Shown here piece by piece: positions 1-9,232 of a DNA stretch of 54,223 bases; positions within the stretch are counted from its first letter, which is position 1; each line of letters starts with the position of its first letter. The stretch is from positions 1 to 54,223 of the forward strand of contig JAZDIV010000127.1 of the NCBI GenBank assembly GCA_043804695.1. The letters are read 5' to 3'. The notes under the pieces were generated by a model that saw only the letters and a list, made by a program, of their open reading frames with translations, had not been told where the DNA came from and made no database searches. The stretch is from PVC group bacterium. GTDB lineage: Bacteria > Auribacterota > Erginobacteria > Erginobacterales > Erginobacteraceae. The position numbers were made by a program, and so were the translations under genes.

Positions 1-73
1 CTTGTGTGGCAGGGGAGAAAGTTCATAAGCTAACCACCAGTTCCCCTCTCCCATCCGGGGGGTTAAAAACGGG

Positions 74-186
74 TATAGCCGATGAACTTATTCACCCGTG
101 ACATAAAGTCACGGGGGCCTTCCGGGTTGAAAAGGTTCCGGCTGATAGCTGATAAACTGATTCACCTGCCGCATAAAGCGGCAGGG
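74..186. repeat. Two tandem copies of hairpin repeat family A (GAT-AAC-T-ATTCACC-YGC..ATAAAG..GCRGGGG)
   Basis: 74-117 and 144-186 align to each other. Each holds a GC stem (cacccgtgac/gtcacggggg; cacctgccgc/gcggcagggg) around an ATAAAG loop. The same unit recurs four times at 3806-4024. Confidence 0.8.
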
Positions 187-216
187 GTGAAAAATGACAG
201 TTCGCTTAATTTGGAC

Positions 217-246
217 CTAGGAGCCTGTCCGAGTAATGGCTCCTAG
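217..246. repeat. Palindrome CTAGGAGCC-N11-GGCTCCTAG (family B outer-arm sequence)
   Basis: Perfect 9-bp arms. The string ctaggagcctgtccgagtaa is repeated at 15594-15613 and inverted at 15824-15843. Confidence 0.75.
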
Positions 247-305
247 CTCTACCTTACTCGAAAAGGTATTTTAAGCGGCTTATTTTCGAAGATGGCTTGA
301 ATTTT

Positions 306-394
306 ACCACGGAGATCACGGAGAAAAAATAGATGTTAATGAATAGATTTCGCACATTTTTTTAAAATTCTCCGTGTTCTCTGTGTCCTCCGTG
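306..394. repeat. CCACGGAG-arm inverted-repeat element (sister of the CCACCAAG family)
   Basis: Left arm accacggagatcacggag, right arm ctccgtgttctctgtgtcctccgtg, with an AT-rich loop of about 45 nt. Architecture matches the CCACCAAG elements. Confidence 0.75.
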
Positions 395-479
395 ATTTTA
401 ATTAGTTTCGTTTCAAAGGGATACGCTTTTCGAATAGGGTATAGCTCCGAATTGAAACAGTAACAAAGGGAGGAAACCA

Positions 480-1910
480 ATGTCCAACCCAAAGACACAG
501 GCAGATGCATGTCTGCGCAAAGCGGTCATGGCGGCGGCGGTCTACAGCCAGCTTGATCAGGAAGCCACCGATGCCATCGTCGAGGCGGTCTTTCGAGCAG
601 GTGTGAAGAACCGGGTCAGGCTGGCGAAACTGGCCTATGAAGAGACCGGCAAAGGGGTCTGGCAAGACAAAGTCATCAAGAACCTCGCCGCCACCCTGCT
701 GGTCTATGCCGATATCAAGGATGAACGGACCGCCGGTGTGATATCCCGCGACGAGCTGACCGGGATCACGGAAATAGCCCAGCCGCTCGGCCCCATCCTG
801 GGCGTTATCCCGGTCACCAACCCGACCTCGACGGTAATGTTCAAGATTTTGATCTCGCTGAAGACGAGGAACCCGATCATCATCAGCCCCCACATGGACG
901 CCATGGGGTGCTGCGGGGAAGCAGCCCGGATCTGTTACGAGGCCGCACTGGCGGCGGGCGCGCCGGATGATTGCGTCCAGTGGATATCCGAGTTCTCGCG
1001 GGAACTGACCCACGAGCTGATGATTCATCCCCAGCTGGCCCTGATCCTGGCCACCGGGGGGTCCGGCCTGGTCAAAGCAGCTTACAGTTCCGGGACCCCG
1101 GCCCTCGGCGTGGGGGCCGGCAACGTGCCGGTCTATATCGAGCAGAGCGCCGATATTCCCTTCGCGATCACAAGCATTATCGTCTCCAAATCGTTCGACA
1201 ACGGAACCATCTGCGCCAGCGAGCAGGCCGTTGTGGTCGAGAGGGCCATCGCCGACCGGGTCAGGGCGGAGTTTGAAAAGCAGAACTGTCACTTTATGTC
1301 CCCAAAGGAGATCGAGAAGCTGGAAAAAGTCGCCGTCGATCCGGAGAGCGGCATCATGAACCCCGCGATCGTGGGACAATCCGCCTCCACAATCGCCGGG
1401 ATGGCGGGGATTGACATACCGGAAGGGACAAAACTCCTGATCGCGCCCCAGGAAAAGGTCGGCCGGGATTACCCCCTTTCCGGAGAGATACTGGCCCCGG
1501 TGCTTGCTTACTATGTCCGCGACGATCTGAACAGCGCCCTCAAGCTCTGCATCGAGCTGAACTACCGGGGCGGGGTCGGGCATACCGCCAGTATTTTCTC
1601 GAACGACGACGAAAAGATCATGGCCTTCGCCGAGCTGATGAACGCGGGCCGGATCGTCGTCAACACGCCCTCATCCCAGGGCGCCGTCGGCGGTATTTAC
1701 AACACGCTGTCCACATCCTTCACGCTGGGGTGCGGCGCGGGGGGGAAGAACATCACCACAGACAATATAACCGCCCGTAACCTCATTAATATCAAGCGCG
1801 TCTGTCGCCGGCGGACCAATGAAAAATTCCAGGCTTTCCCCCTCGAAATGTATCTGGACGATACAATCGAACCGGATCGGATCCTGAAGGAATATAACAA
1901 GAATCATTAA
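480..1910 (+). CDS. CoA-acylating aldehyde dehydrogenase (stand-alone AdhE-N-terminal / EutE-PduP-like ALDH domain)
   Basis: 476-aa ORF with a GGGAGG SD upstream. Catalytic region SKSFDNGTICASEQA and GGSGLVKAAYSSGTPALGVGAGNVP resemble AdhE-type acetaldehyde dehydrogenases. No ADH domain follows. Confidence 0.85.
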   Translation: MSNPKTQADACLRKAVMAAAVYSQLDQEATDAIVEAVFRAGVKNRVRLAKLAYEETGKGVWQDKVIKNLAATLLVYADIKDERTAGVISRDELTGITEIAQPLGPILGVIPVTNPTSTVMFKILISLKTRNPIIISPHMDAMGCCGEAARICYEAALAAGAPDDCVQWISEFSRELTHELMIHPQLALILATGGSGLVKAAYSSGTPALGVGAGNVPVYIEQSADIPFAITSIIVSKSFDNGTICASEQAVVVERAIADRVRAEFEKQNCHFMSPKEIEKLEKVAVDPESGIMNPAIVGQSASTIAGMAGIDIPEGTKLLIAPQEKVGRDYPLSGEILAPVLAYYVRDDLNSALKLCIELNYRGGVGHTASIFSNDDEKIMAFAELMNAGRIVVNTPSSQGAVGGIYNTLSTSFTLGCGAGGKNITTDNITARNLINIKRVCRRRTNEKFQAFPLEMYLDDTIEPDRILKEYNKNH

Positions 1911-1925
1911 ATCGAGGTGAAGAGA

Positions 1926-2258
1926 ATGATTGAATGTACCTATCATCCTGAAACCCGGACCTTGCTCTGTCGCTTCTCCGGCCGCATGGATGGAGCAAAC
2001 AGTGAAGAGGTGGAAAAGGTGATCCGGGGCAACATTTCGGCGATCCCCGGTGATGAACCGGCGGCCGACAGTGACGCGGGGCTGAATATCGTCTTTGACC
2101 TGGCGGGGGTTGATTATGTCTCATCCGTTTTCTTCCGGGTCTGCATAGCCACCGCCCGGAAAGCGAAAGAGGGCGGATTTTCGATCATCAACACCGGCCC
2201 GTTTGTTAACAAGATATTCAAGACCGCGGGCCTGGAAGAGATATTAAACGTTTCCTAG
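1926..2258 (+). CDS. STAS-domain protein (anti-sigma-factor antagonist, SpoIIAA-like)
   Basis: ATG at 1926 preceded by GAGGTGA. The DLAGVDYVSSVFFRV...NKIFKTAGLEEIL pattern is typical of STAS. The track ORF starts at GTG 1917. Confidence 0.75.
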   Translation: MIECTYHPETRTLLCRFSGRMDGANSEEVEKVIRGNISAIPGDEPAADSDAGLNIVFDLAGVDYVSSVFFRVCIATARKAKEGGFSIINTGPFVNKIFKTAGLEEILNVS

Positions 2259-3658
2259 CATAAGGAATACGTCTCCAGATATTCCGGCACGGCCGTGTCC
2301 CACCCGAACCGTTCACGGACAGTCGCCGCCAGGGCTTGAGAAGATTGTTCTTCCCCGTGAACGACAAAGAGCTTCTTCGGCCTGGTCGTGAACCCGGAAA
2401 CCCAGTCCAGCAGTTCGTCCCGGCCGGCATGGGCCGAAAAACCGTTAATCTGTTCTATCCGGGCCCGGACCGGATGCTGCGCTCCCAGGATCCGCACCTC
2501 TCCGGGGCGTTCGAGTATGATCCTGCCCAGCGTACCCCGCGCCTGGTAGCCGACAAAGAGAATCGTGCTCTCCGGGCAGGCGATGTTCTGGACCAGGTGG
2601 TGCTTGATCCTTCCCCCCGTGCACATCCCCGAGCCGGCCATGATGATGGCGCTCCCCCGGTGGCGATTGATGGCCTTGGAGTCCTCGGTTGACCGGGTCA
2701 TCTGCAGGAGCGGGAAAGAGAAAGGAGACTCTCCGGGCCTCGACCCGGCAAGATTTTTTCCGTCGAGATACTCCGGGAAAGCCATGTAGATCTTCGTGAT
2801 GTCGATCGCCATCGGGCTGTCGATGAACCCGGAGAGACGGGGAATCTTTCCGTTTTCCATCAGGCGCTTGATGAAATACAGCAGCTCCTGGGCGCGCTCG
2901 ATGGCGAAGGTGGGGATAACCACCTTCCCTCCCTTCCCGGCGGTTTCCACGATCACCCTCTCTAAAGTCCCAACGGCCTCAGCCCCGCTCTCGTGGTTGC
3001 GGTCCCCGTAGGTTGATTCCAGGAAAAGATAATCCGCCCCTTCTATGACTTCGGGGTTATGGAGAAGAGGGTTGTTCTTCCGTCCGAGATCACCGGAAAA
3101 AACAAGCTTATTCCGTCTCTGCCCCCGGCCGATCCCCAGCTCGACGATGGAGGAACCGATGATGTGGCCGGCGTCCCGGAAAACAGCCGTCATGCCGGAG
3201 GAGACCTCGACCGGCTGTGCGTAGGGGGCCGTCTCCAGGTGAGGCATCACCGCCTCGGCGTCCTGTATCGTGTAGAGGGGGACCGACGGGAACGGGCTCT
3301 CCCTCTGTTCTTTCCCGTGGCGGCGTTTCTTATAGGCGGCGTCTTCTTCATGGAGCTTCGCGGAATCGAGCAGAGCCACCCGGGCCACCTCCGCGGTGGG
3401 AGGGGTGCAGAAGATCTTCCCCCCGAACCCCTCCCGCACCAGTTTCGGGAGGTAGCCGCAATGATCGATATGGGCGTGAGTCAGCACCACCGCGTCGATC
3501 TCCCGCGGGGGCACCGGAAAGTCATCCCAGTTCCGGGAACGGAGTTCCCGCTCCTGAAAAAGCCCGCAGTCGATCAGCACACAGGCCTCTTCGTTCCGGA
3601 CCAGGAAGCGGGAACCGGTCACGCTGCCGGTCGCGCCCAGGAAAGTTACGGTGGACAT
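2255..3658 (-). CDS. MBL-fold beta-CASP ribonuclease (CPSF/RNase J-like)
   Basis: 467 aa. Has the HAHIDHCGYLP metallo-beta-lactamase motif, a beta-CASP middle region and a C-terminal FSAHAGRDELLDWV motif. Confidence 0.85.
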   Translation of the reverse strand: MSTVTFLGATGSVTGSRFLVRNEEACVLIDCGLFQERELRSRNWDDFPVPPREIDAVVLTHAHIDHCGYLPKLVREGFGGKIFCTPPTAEVARVALLDSAKLHEEDAAYKKRRHGKEQRESPFPSVPLYTIQDAEAVMPHLETAPYAQPVEVSSGMTAVFRDAGHIIGSSIVELGIGRGQRRNKLVFSGDLGRKNNPLLHNPEVIEGADYLFLESTYGDRNHESGAEAVGTLERVIVETAGKGGKVVIPTFAIERAQELLYFIKRLMENGKIPRLSGFIDSPMAIDITKIYMAFPEYLDGKNLAGSRPGESPFSFPLLQMTRSTEDSKAINRHRGSAIIMAGSGMCTGGRIKHHLVQNIACPESTILFVGYQARGTLGRIILERPGEVRILGAQHPVRARIEQINGFSAHAGRDELLDWVSGFTTRPKKLFVVHGEEQSSQALAATVRERFGWDTAVPEYLETYSLC

Positions 3659-3695
3659 GAGATGCTTTCCCTCCCGTATGGTTTATGATGACGAT

Positions 3696-3729
3696 GGTAA
3701 TCAGTGATCAGTAATCGGTAATCAGTATC
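3696..3729. repeat. Repeat family F (GGTAATCAGTGATCAGTAATCGGTAATCAG)
   Basis: Tandem TCAGTRATC-type units. Related copies at 48563-48589 and, as an inverted pair, at 46706-46830. Confidence 0.6.
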
Positions 3730-3805
3730 TGACTGGGTACCCAGACATTCCTGATAAACGCAAACATTTTTCTATAATCATTAACTTTAGGTCTCTATCC
3801 GCAAA

Positions 3806-4024
3806 GAACTTTCTCACCTGCCGGATAAACCGGCAGGGGCCGTTTTTATGTTTTATGCTTTGTGGTAGCTTTTGAACTCCGCTCCGGTGGGACAAGCCCA
3901 CCGGGGGCGTAGACCCCTGCCGGTTGATCCGGCAGGTGAATGAGTTCAACGGCTACCAAGTCCTCTCTCCCTCCCAAGACCCCCGCGGTTTTATACCGCG
4001 GGTGAATCAGTTCATTGGCTAATC
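3806..4024. repeat. Cluster of four family-A hairpin repeats (two forward, two inverted)
   Basis: Units at 3806-3839, 3864-3906, 3914-3956 and 3980-4024. Each is a GC hairpin (e.g. cacctgccgg-ataaa-ccggcagggg) with a gaact/gttca flank. The 75-aa ORF 3722-3949 is a read-through of these repeats. Confidence 0.8.
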
Positions 4025-4085
4025 GTATCGAAACAAAGCGGAGATCCCGATGTCTCCAATATTAATGGAGGCTTTTCACGACCGA

Positions 4086-6110
4086 TCACCGATTACCCTC
4101 TTTTTCCTGCGCCCGCTTCAATATCTCTTTACGGGTCTTTGTAATCTCCCGGAACCGGTTCGGGATGACCCAGGTTCCGTTATACCGGTCGGAAAGGAGG
4201 TCCTCCCCGGGATAGACCCGGAGCGCCTGGTCCACCCAGCGGAGCGCCGTTTCGTAGTTGCCGCGGGACGCTTCGTATGTGCCCCGCTCGTTCAGCATGT
4301 ACATGTAGGCGTGGCGGACGGCATCGGCGTCTTTATGGGGATAACCCAGCTCCCGGTAGGTGAACTCCCGGTAGGGGAATTCCCGGACCGGGTCGCCTTT
4401 CCGGTAGAGCCGCCAGCAAAGCCCCTCCGGGATCCGGTAGTACCCGGGATGAAACGCGGGGTGCGGTTCCGGGTTGAATTCCGAGGTGATGTAGATCGGC
4501 CGTCGCTCATAGTTCCGCTCGATGATGCTGTGGAGCATCCGGTAGTACCTCCGGTCGAGTTCCCGTCCGTCGTGCACCTCTTTTTTACTGAACCGCTCGA
4601 GATAGGACCGGTAATTTTCAATCTCCCCGGCTGATTTCTCGTATATCTCCGGGTGATGGTCACGAAGCCGGTCGGCGAACCAGCCCTTCTGGAGGCCGTG
4701 GTTGGGGAGGACCAGGACGTCGTCACGAAAGCCCTCGACGGACTGGTAATAATAGAGCGGATGCAGCAGGATCTGGCAGTCGAGCGCAAAGAGGATCGCG
4801 TCCGGCTCGATCCCGCTGAACATGTTATGCACAAAATCTTCCACGAAATAGTTATTGCTCTTGTCGGCCTTCCGGTAATTCAGAAACAGTGCCGGGAGCG
4901 ACAGAATTATCATCAAGACCGGGATCACCCGGAGGGCACGCCGCGAACGGCAGACGGCCCGGTAAAGGCCGTATGCGCCCGCCCCGCCGTAAATAAGAAG
5001 GGCGATATAACCGGGGGCGAAATAAAAGATGTTGTCCCCCACGTTGTAGGTGGCGGCATAGAGAATCGACGGAATGAAGACCGCCAGAACAAAGAAGAAA
5101 TACTTCTTCGACCGGCGGAAGAGGATACCCATCCCCCAGAATATGAGCGGGACAGCGACGTATCCCGTGCGGGAAGGGAACCGGATAAAAAAATCGAGGA
5201 ACGTCTCGCCTTCCGATTGATGGGCGAAGAGGCGGGTCCGGAAGTCGGCGACCGTGAGATTGTCCCAGAGCGCCCGCAGGGTCGTCGGATCGCCCCACAT
5301 GACCAGCGGGCGGCCGGCGGCCCGGATCGGGAGATAGAGATACAGCAGGATACCGACCAGGGCCGGGAGCATGAGCAGGACGATCCGCCCCGGGGGAGTC
5401 TTCCGGGACATGTATTTCACTGTCAGGAGAAGGAAGAAAGCGGGGAAGAGCAGCCCGGTGGTAAGGTGGTTGGCCAGGCTCAGCCCGAGGATGAAGAAAA
5501 AGATCACACCGAGACGCGTCTCCCGACGCGGATTTCCTTCAGCGGCATAGCGCACCGTCAGGTAGATGAGAAGCACGGTAAAAAGGGCATGGAGGGAATA
5601 CACCTCCAGGGTGGTCCCGGTTTCCCAGAAGACGGCTGACCAGCAGAGAAGGAGACCTCCGGTGCCGGCCGCCAGCCACTCCAGCTCTCCCCGGAGCGGC
5701 ATGTCCGGGACACCGACTCCCCGGCCTTTCCCCCCTCTTTTTTTCCCTTTCCCTTTCCCTCTCCCGGCGCCCGGCCGCCCTTCCCTCTCTTGTATCTCCG
5801 CGGTCACCCGGAGAATGGTCCTGATCAGAAGGGTAAAGACGGCCGTGCCCAGAGCGGCAAAGAGGGCGCTCATGATATTTAACCGGGCGATGACGGACGC
5901 TCCGACGGGAAGACGGGAGAAGAGGTGGCCAATCAATGTGAAGAGGGGGTAGCCGGTCGGGTGGGCGATCCCCAGCGTACAGGCAACCGCCGCCAGTTCT
6001 CCGCTGTCGATAAAGTCAACCGTCGGGGTCAGGGTGAGAAGATAGGTGGCGAAGGCGACGCCGAAAACCAGTACCGGCAGAAATCGCAGCCATTTCAGCA
6101 TTTTTGTCAT
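4086..6110 (-). CDS. DUF2723/TMEM260-like GT-C fold membrane glycosyltransferase with soluble C-terminal domain
   Basis: 674 aa. The N-terminal half is multi-pass membrane and has DFIDSGELAAVACTLGIAHPTGYPLF, recalled as the DUF2723 signature. Lys/Gly/Arg-rich insert at 5703-5789. Confidence 0.65.
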   Translation of the reverse strand: MTKMLKWLRFLPVLVFGVAFATYLLTLTPTVDFIDSGELAAVACTLGIAHPTGYPLFTLIGHLFSRLPVGASVIARLNIMSALFAALGTAVFTLLIRTILRVTAEIQEREGRPGAGRGKGKGKKRGGKGRGVGVPDMPLRGELEWLAAGTGGLLLCWSAVFWETGTTLEVYSLHALFTVLLIYLTVRYAAEGNPRRETRLGVIFFFILGLSLANHLTTGLLFPAFFLLLTVKYMSRKTPPGRIVLLMLPALVGILLYLYLPIRAAGRPLVMWGDPTTLRALWDNLTVADFRTRLFAHQSEGETFLDFFIRFPSRTGYVAVPLIFWGMGILFRRSKKYFFFVLAVFIPSILYAATYNVGDNIFYFAPGYIALLIYGGAGAYGLYRAVCRSRRALRVIPVLMIILSLPALFLNYRKADKSNNYFVEDFVHNMFSGIEPDAILFALDCQILLHPLYYYQSVEGFRDDVLVLPNHGLQKGWFADRLRDHHPEIYEKSAGEIENYRSYLERFSKKEVHDGRELDRRYYRMLHSIIERNYERRPIYITSEFNPEPHPAFHPGYYRIPEGLCWRLYRKGDPVREFPYREFTYRELGYPHKDADAVRHAYMYMLNERGTYEASRGNYETALRWVDQALRVYPGEDLLSDRYNGTWVIPNRFREITKTRKEILKRAQEKEGNR

Positions 6111-6140
6111 ATCCCTCTATCCCGATTTATTCATAAATCA

Positions 6141-6473
6141 TCATCTCTTCTTCTTGGCCGCCTTGGCTGCAGCCTTAATCCTCTTTTTCTCCAACTTGTA
6201 CCCTGCCGCACCCGGAGTTGAAGAAACCGGACTCTCCCCTCTGAGACTGCTCCGGTAACGGTACGTCAGAAACAACCATACCAGGATATATGCCACCAGG
6301 AGGGAAGCGGCCGGTATCCAGACGGCGGCCGGCAGTTCGGGGAAGAGCAGGCGCACCCCGCCCAAGACGGAGAGCATGGCCAGACCGCCCCAGGCGTGAT
6401 GCCGGGCCAAATTGTAACCCGATCCGCGGGGCGGGTTTATTTTCGCCCTCTCCACATTATTTTCCATGTTCAT
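6141..6473 (-). CDS. Small membrane protein with lysine-rich C-terminal tail (hypothetical)
   Basis: 110 aa with two predicted TM helices and a KKRIKAAAKAAKKKR tail. Lies 30 nt upstream of the DUF2723 gene on the same strand. Confidence 0.5.
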   Translation of the reverse strand: MNMENNVERAKINPPRGSGYNLARHHAWGGLAMLSVLGGVRLLFPELPAAVWIPAASLLVAYILVWLFLTYRYRSSLRGESPVSSTPGAAGYKLEKKRIKAAAKAAKKKR

Positions 6474-6633
6474 GAGGCGCCGATCCCGGTTTCCATCATC
6501 CGGAGTTCACCATACCATCATCCGGCCTCATAAGCCAGATGGATAGTGGACAGAGCCACATTGATCTTGCACGGGGACCGGTCCCGCGGTACATTGACGC
6601 ATCCTGTCATGTCAACCATCCGGAGGATTTTTG

Positions 6634-7764
6634 ATGAAACAACATCTGACAATTTTCTGTTTCCTGATGACCGCCGTCATGGTTTTCTGCCCGGACAGCT
6701 TTTTATACGCCGCCCGGGAACGGATCCCGGACAAAACCGGCGCGCCCCTCCGGGGCGCCGTCGTTCTCCGGGCGGACACCGGCGAAACGGTCATTGACAG
6801 AAACGCCGATGCCGTTTGCTACCCGGCCAGCATCGTCAAACTGATGATGCTCCTGATCATCCAGGAAAAGATCGAGGAGGGGCTTTTGAAACCTGACGAC
6901 CGGGTGGTCTGCACGGCGGAGGCCGCCCGGATGGGAGGCTCCCAGGTCTATCTCAAGGAGAACGAGATCTTCTCCATCGACGACCTCCTCTACGCCCTCA
7001 TCATCCAGTCCGCCAACGACGCCGCCGTCGCCCTCGCCATTCACGTGGCCGGCTCCAAGGAGGAATTTGTCGCGTTGATGCAGGACAGAGCGCGCCAGCT
7101 GGGGATGAGCGCTACCGAGTTCCATTCCGTCCACGGCCTCCCTCCGGGCAAGGATCAGAAACCCGACATCAGCACCCCCCGGGATATCGCGGTTCTCTGC
7201 CGGGAGCTGTTAAAACACCCCGCGATCCTCGCCTACACCGGGACCGCAGTCCGGGGGTTCCGGGACAACACCTTCGAGATGCGGAGCCACAACCCGCTCC
7301 TGGAAAGCGTCGAGGGGTGCGACGGGCTCAAGACAGGCTACTTCCAGGCCGGCGGATTCTCGATCGCCGCCACCGTCGAGCGGGATGGCCGCCGCCTGAT
7401 CGCGGTTGTAATGGGATCGAAGCAAAAGGAGGACCGTAATAACGCCGCCCGGGAGCTGCTGGCCCAGGCCTTCTCCTCCCTCCCCTCCTCTCCCCGGACC
7501 GCCGGGAAGGCAACCGCGACCGGCGTTTCTCGGAAGGCTGCCGCCGCGCCTAAAACAGCCTTCGTCCCGGCCCCGGAAGATGATCCGGTTCCCGAAAACG
7601 AGGATGAGGATACCGCCGGGGAGGCGACTGGGGGAGGCGGCTTCTGGAGAGCCACCCTGTATGTTCTCGCCTTCCTGGTCCAGGCCGGTTTCTTCTTCTG
7701 GCTCGGACGGAGAAGCAAGAAGGACAGCTCTTCCCGCTTCCCCCCCACCATTCTCCAGAAATAA
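6634..7764 (+). CDS. Serine-type D-Ala-D-Ala carboxypeptidase (peptidase S11, PBP5/6-like)
   Basis: Has SIVK (SxxK), SAND (SxN) and KTG motifs in the correct order, a signal peptide and a C-terminal TM anchor. GGAGGA SD lies before ATG 6634. The track ORF starts at TTG 6631. Confidence 0.85.
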   Translation: MKQHLTIFCFLMTAVMVFCPDSFLYAARERIPDKTGAPLRGAVVLRADTGETVIDRNADAVCYPASIVKLMMLLIIQEKIEEGLLKPDDRVVCTAEAARMGGSQVYLKENEIFSIDDLLYALIIQSANDAAVALAIHVAGSKEEFVALMQDRARQLGMSATEFHSVHGLPPGKDQKPDISTPRDIAVLCRELLKHPAILAYTGTAVRGFRDNTFEMRSHNPLLESVEGCDGLKTGYFQAGGFSIAATVERDGRRLIAVVMGSKQKEDRNNAARELLAQAFSSLPSSPRTAGKATATGVSRKAAAAPKTAFVPAPEDDPVPENEDEDTAGEATGGGGFWRATLYVLAFLVQAGFFFWLGRRSKKDSSSRFPPTILQK

Positions 7765-7769
7765 TCCAG

Positions 7770-7842
7770 GGACCTGCGCAATTTACTGCTTCGGAATTTC
7801 AATAAACATCAGCAAATGGTTTGCCATCCGTTGCGCAGGTCC
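7770..7842. terminator. Large-loop hairpin between convergent genes (GGACCTGCGCAA ... TTGCGCAGGTCC)
   Basis: Perfect 12-bp arms at 7770-7781 and 7831-7842. The loop contains ctgcttcggaatttcaataa, a string also seen near 14040 and 21000. No U-tract. Confidence 0.3.
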
Positions 7843-7849
7843 GACCCCA

Positions 7850-8227
7850 TTACTCTTCGCCCTGGTGGACTTTTTTCTGCATCGCGGCCAGGTAATCGTC
7901 GAGCTCGACGATGCTCTCGAAAATCTCCTGCGGGGGGAGCGCGTTAATGATCTCGAAAACCCTCTGGATGGAGGGAGTGACATTGATCATGGCGAACCTG
8001 CCTCCCCGGCCGGCGAGGCCCTTCTTGGTCTTGATTACCTCGCGTACCCCCATGCTACTGATGTACTCCACTCCCGCCATGTCGAAGATGATGAGCCGCG
8101 GGGAGCGGGCCAGTAGATCCGCAACCTCTTTGCCCAGGATAGGGGCGGTGGACGTGTCGATCGATCCAATCGGTGAGACGACAAAGACGCCGGGGTCTTT
8201 TTCAGTTACCGAAACTTGTAAGGTCAT
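7850..8227 (-). CDS. STAS-domain protein (anti-sigma-factor antagonist)
   Basis: 125 aa. IIFDMAGVEYISSMGVREV...INVTPSIQRVFEI is typical of SpoIIAA/STAS. Confidence 0.8.
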   Translation of the reverse strand: MTLQVSVTEKDPGVFVVSPIGSIDTSTAPILGKEVADLLARSPRLIIFDMAGVEYISSMGVREVIKTKKGLAGRGGRFAMINVTPSIQRVFEIINALPPQEIFESIVELDDYLAAMQKKVHQGEE

Positions 8228-8271
8228 CTTATTAATCCTCCGGTTAGTAATAAAAGTTGGCTTTGCAAGCA

Positions 8272-8362
8272 GGAGTAATGGAATGATGGAGTGTTGGAGT
8301 GATGGACCCGGATAACAGGCTTCCCTCCCAATACTCCAATACTCCAGTACTCCACTATTCCC
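8272..8362. repeat. Inverted-repeat family E (GGAGTRWTGGAGTGATGG ... CCATCACTCCAMYAYTCC)
   Basis: Arms ggagtaatggaatgatggagtgttggagtgatgg and caatactccaatactccagtactccactattcc. Second copy at 27041-27112. Confidence 0.8.
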
Positions 8363-8419
8363 TTTTGCTGAACATCAGCTGTTAAACGATTCCAATAGTT
8401 TCATTCATACCTTTATCTC

Positions 8420-9142
8420 TTAACGGCTATCATCCCCATGGACCATGGGGACGAAGCGGACCGGCAGATCCTCTTCTATTTCGATCTCTTTCCCTTTCTT
8501 CCGGCAGATGACCAGCCGCTGGGACCAGGCGCCCAGGGGAAGGATCATCCGTCCTCCGTCTTTGAGCTGCTCGATCAAAACCCGGGGAACTTCATCCGGG
8601 GCGCAGGTCACAATGATCGCGTCGAAGGGACTTTCCTCCGGCCACCCCCGGTAGCCGTCGCCGGAGAGCACCTGAACTCCGTCATACCCCTGTTCGGCCA
8701 GCACTTTTTTCGCGTGCTCGGCCAGAGCGGGAACAATTTCAATCGTGAAGACCTCCGCGCCCAGTTCGGCCAGGATCGCGGCCTGGTAACCGGAACCGGT
8801 ACCGATCTCCAGGATCTTTTCCCCCGGCTTCAGGGCCAGTTTCTCCGTCATATAGGCGACAATATACGGCTGGGAGATGGTCTGACCGTGCCCGATCGGG
8901 CACGGGTGGTCGCCATAGGGATCAGAGGCATCGCGATATGTCGCCGGGATGAAGAGGTGCCGGGGGACCGTGCCCATGGCGGCAAGAACCTTTGCGTCAG
9001 TGATTCCGTACTGCCGGAGCTGACGCACCATCCGATCCCGGTCCGGGCTTCGATCCTTTTCGGGGATACTCGCCGGTTTACCTCCGCAAGCGAAGGCCAG
9101 CGCTGCCATAACCAGAAAGACCATCTCTCCACGCACCATCAT
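8420..9142 (-). CDS. pcm: Protein-L-isoaspartate O-methyltransferase with lipoprotein-type signal peptide
   Basis: Has GHGQTISQPYIVAYM and the SAM motif LEIGTGSGYQAA. The N-terminus VFLVMAALAFACGG looks like a lipobox. Confidence 0.85.
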   Translation of the reverse strand: MMVRGEMVFLVMAALAFACGGKPASIPEKDRSPDRDRMVRQLRQYGITDAKVLAAMGTVPRHLFIPATYRDASDPYGDHPCPIGHGQTISQPYIVAYMTEKLALKPGEKILEIGTGSGYQAAILAELGAEVFTIEIVPALAEHAKKVLAEQGYDGVQVLSGDGYRGWPEESPFDAIIVTCAPDEVPRVLIEQLKDGGRMILPLGAWSQRLVICRKKGKEIEIEEDLPVRFVPMVHGDDSR

Positions 9143-9232
9143 GTTTTTTTCATCAGGCTGATATACTTTCCCGATTCAGGTGCCAGCCAGGATTGAGACG
9201 GGAAAGCCCTCCTGCAGTCACAAACAAGTGCA

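Noticed and set aside
402-1583. 393-aa minus-strand ORF over the aldehyde dehydrogenase. Other long antisense ORFs are similar: 4653-5639, 8438-9196, 12495-13724, 19765-20775, 21688-23385, 28033-29157, 28370-29197, 31253-31924, 32418-33512, 33565-34317, 37684-38622, 45674-46627, 46849-48438.
   Set aside because: All lie opposite genes with clear family signatures and show the R/G/P/D-rich composition expected of non-coding frames in high-GC sequence.
2255-2258. Convergent genes sharing their stop codons in a CTAG palindrome
   Set aside because: It is real but is a trivial consequence of tight packing. No functional implication can be supported.
3722-3949. Small ORFs lying within repeats: 316-510, 3722-3949, 15622-15843, 25098-25610, 30910-31101, 42878-43156
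   Set aside because: Their sequences are translations of the palindromic repeat families (e.g. ..CHCEEQRDEA.., ..TEDTENTE.., ..SAATKQS..). The same peptides would recur wherever the repeat occurs, and there are no SD or coding signals.
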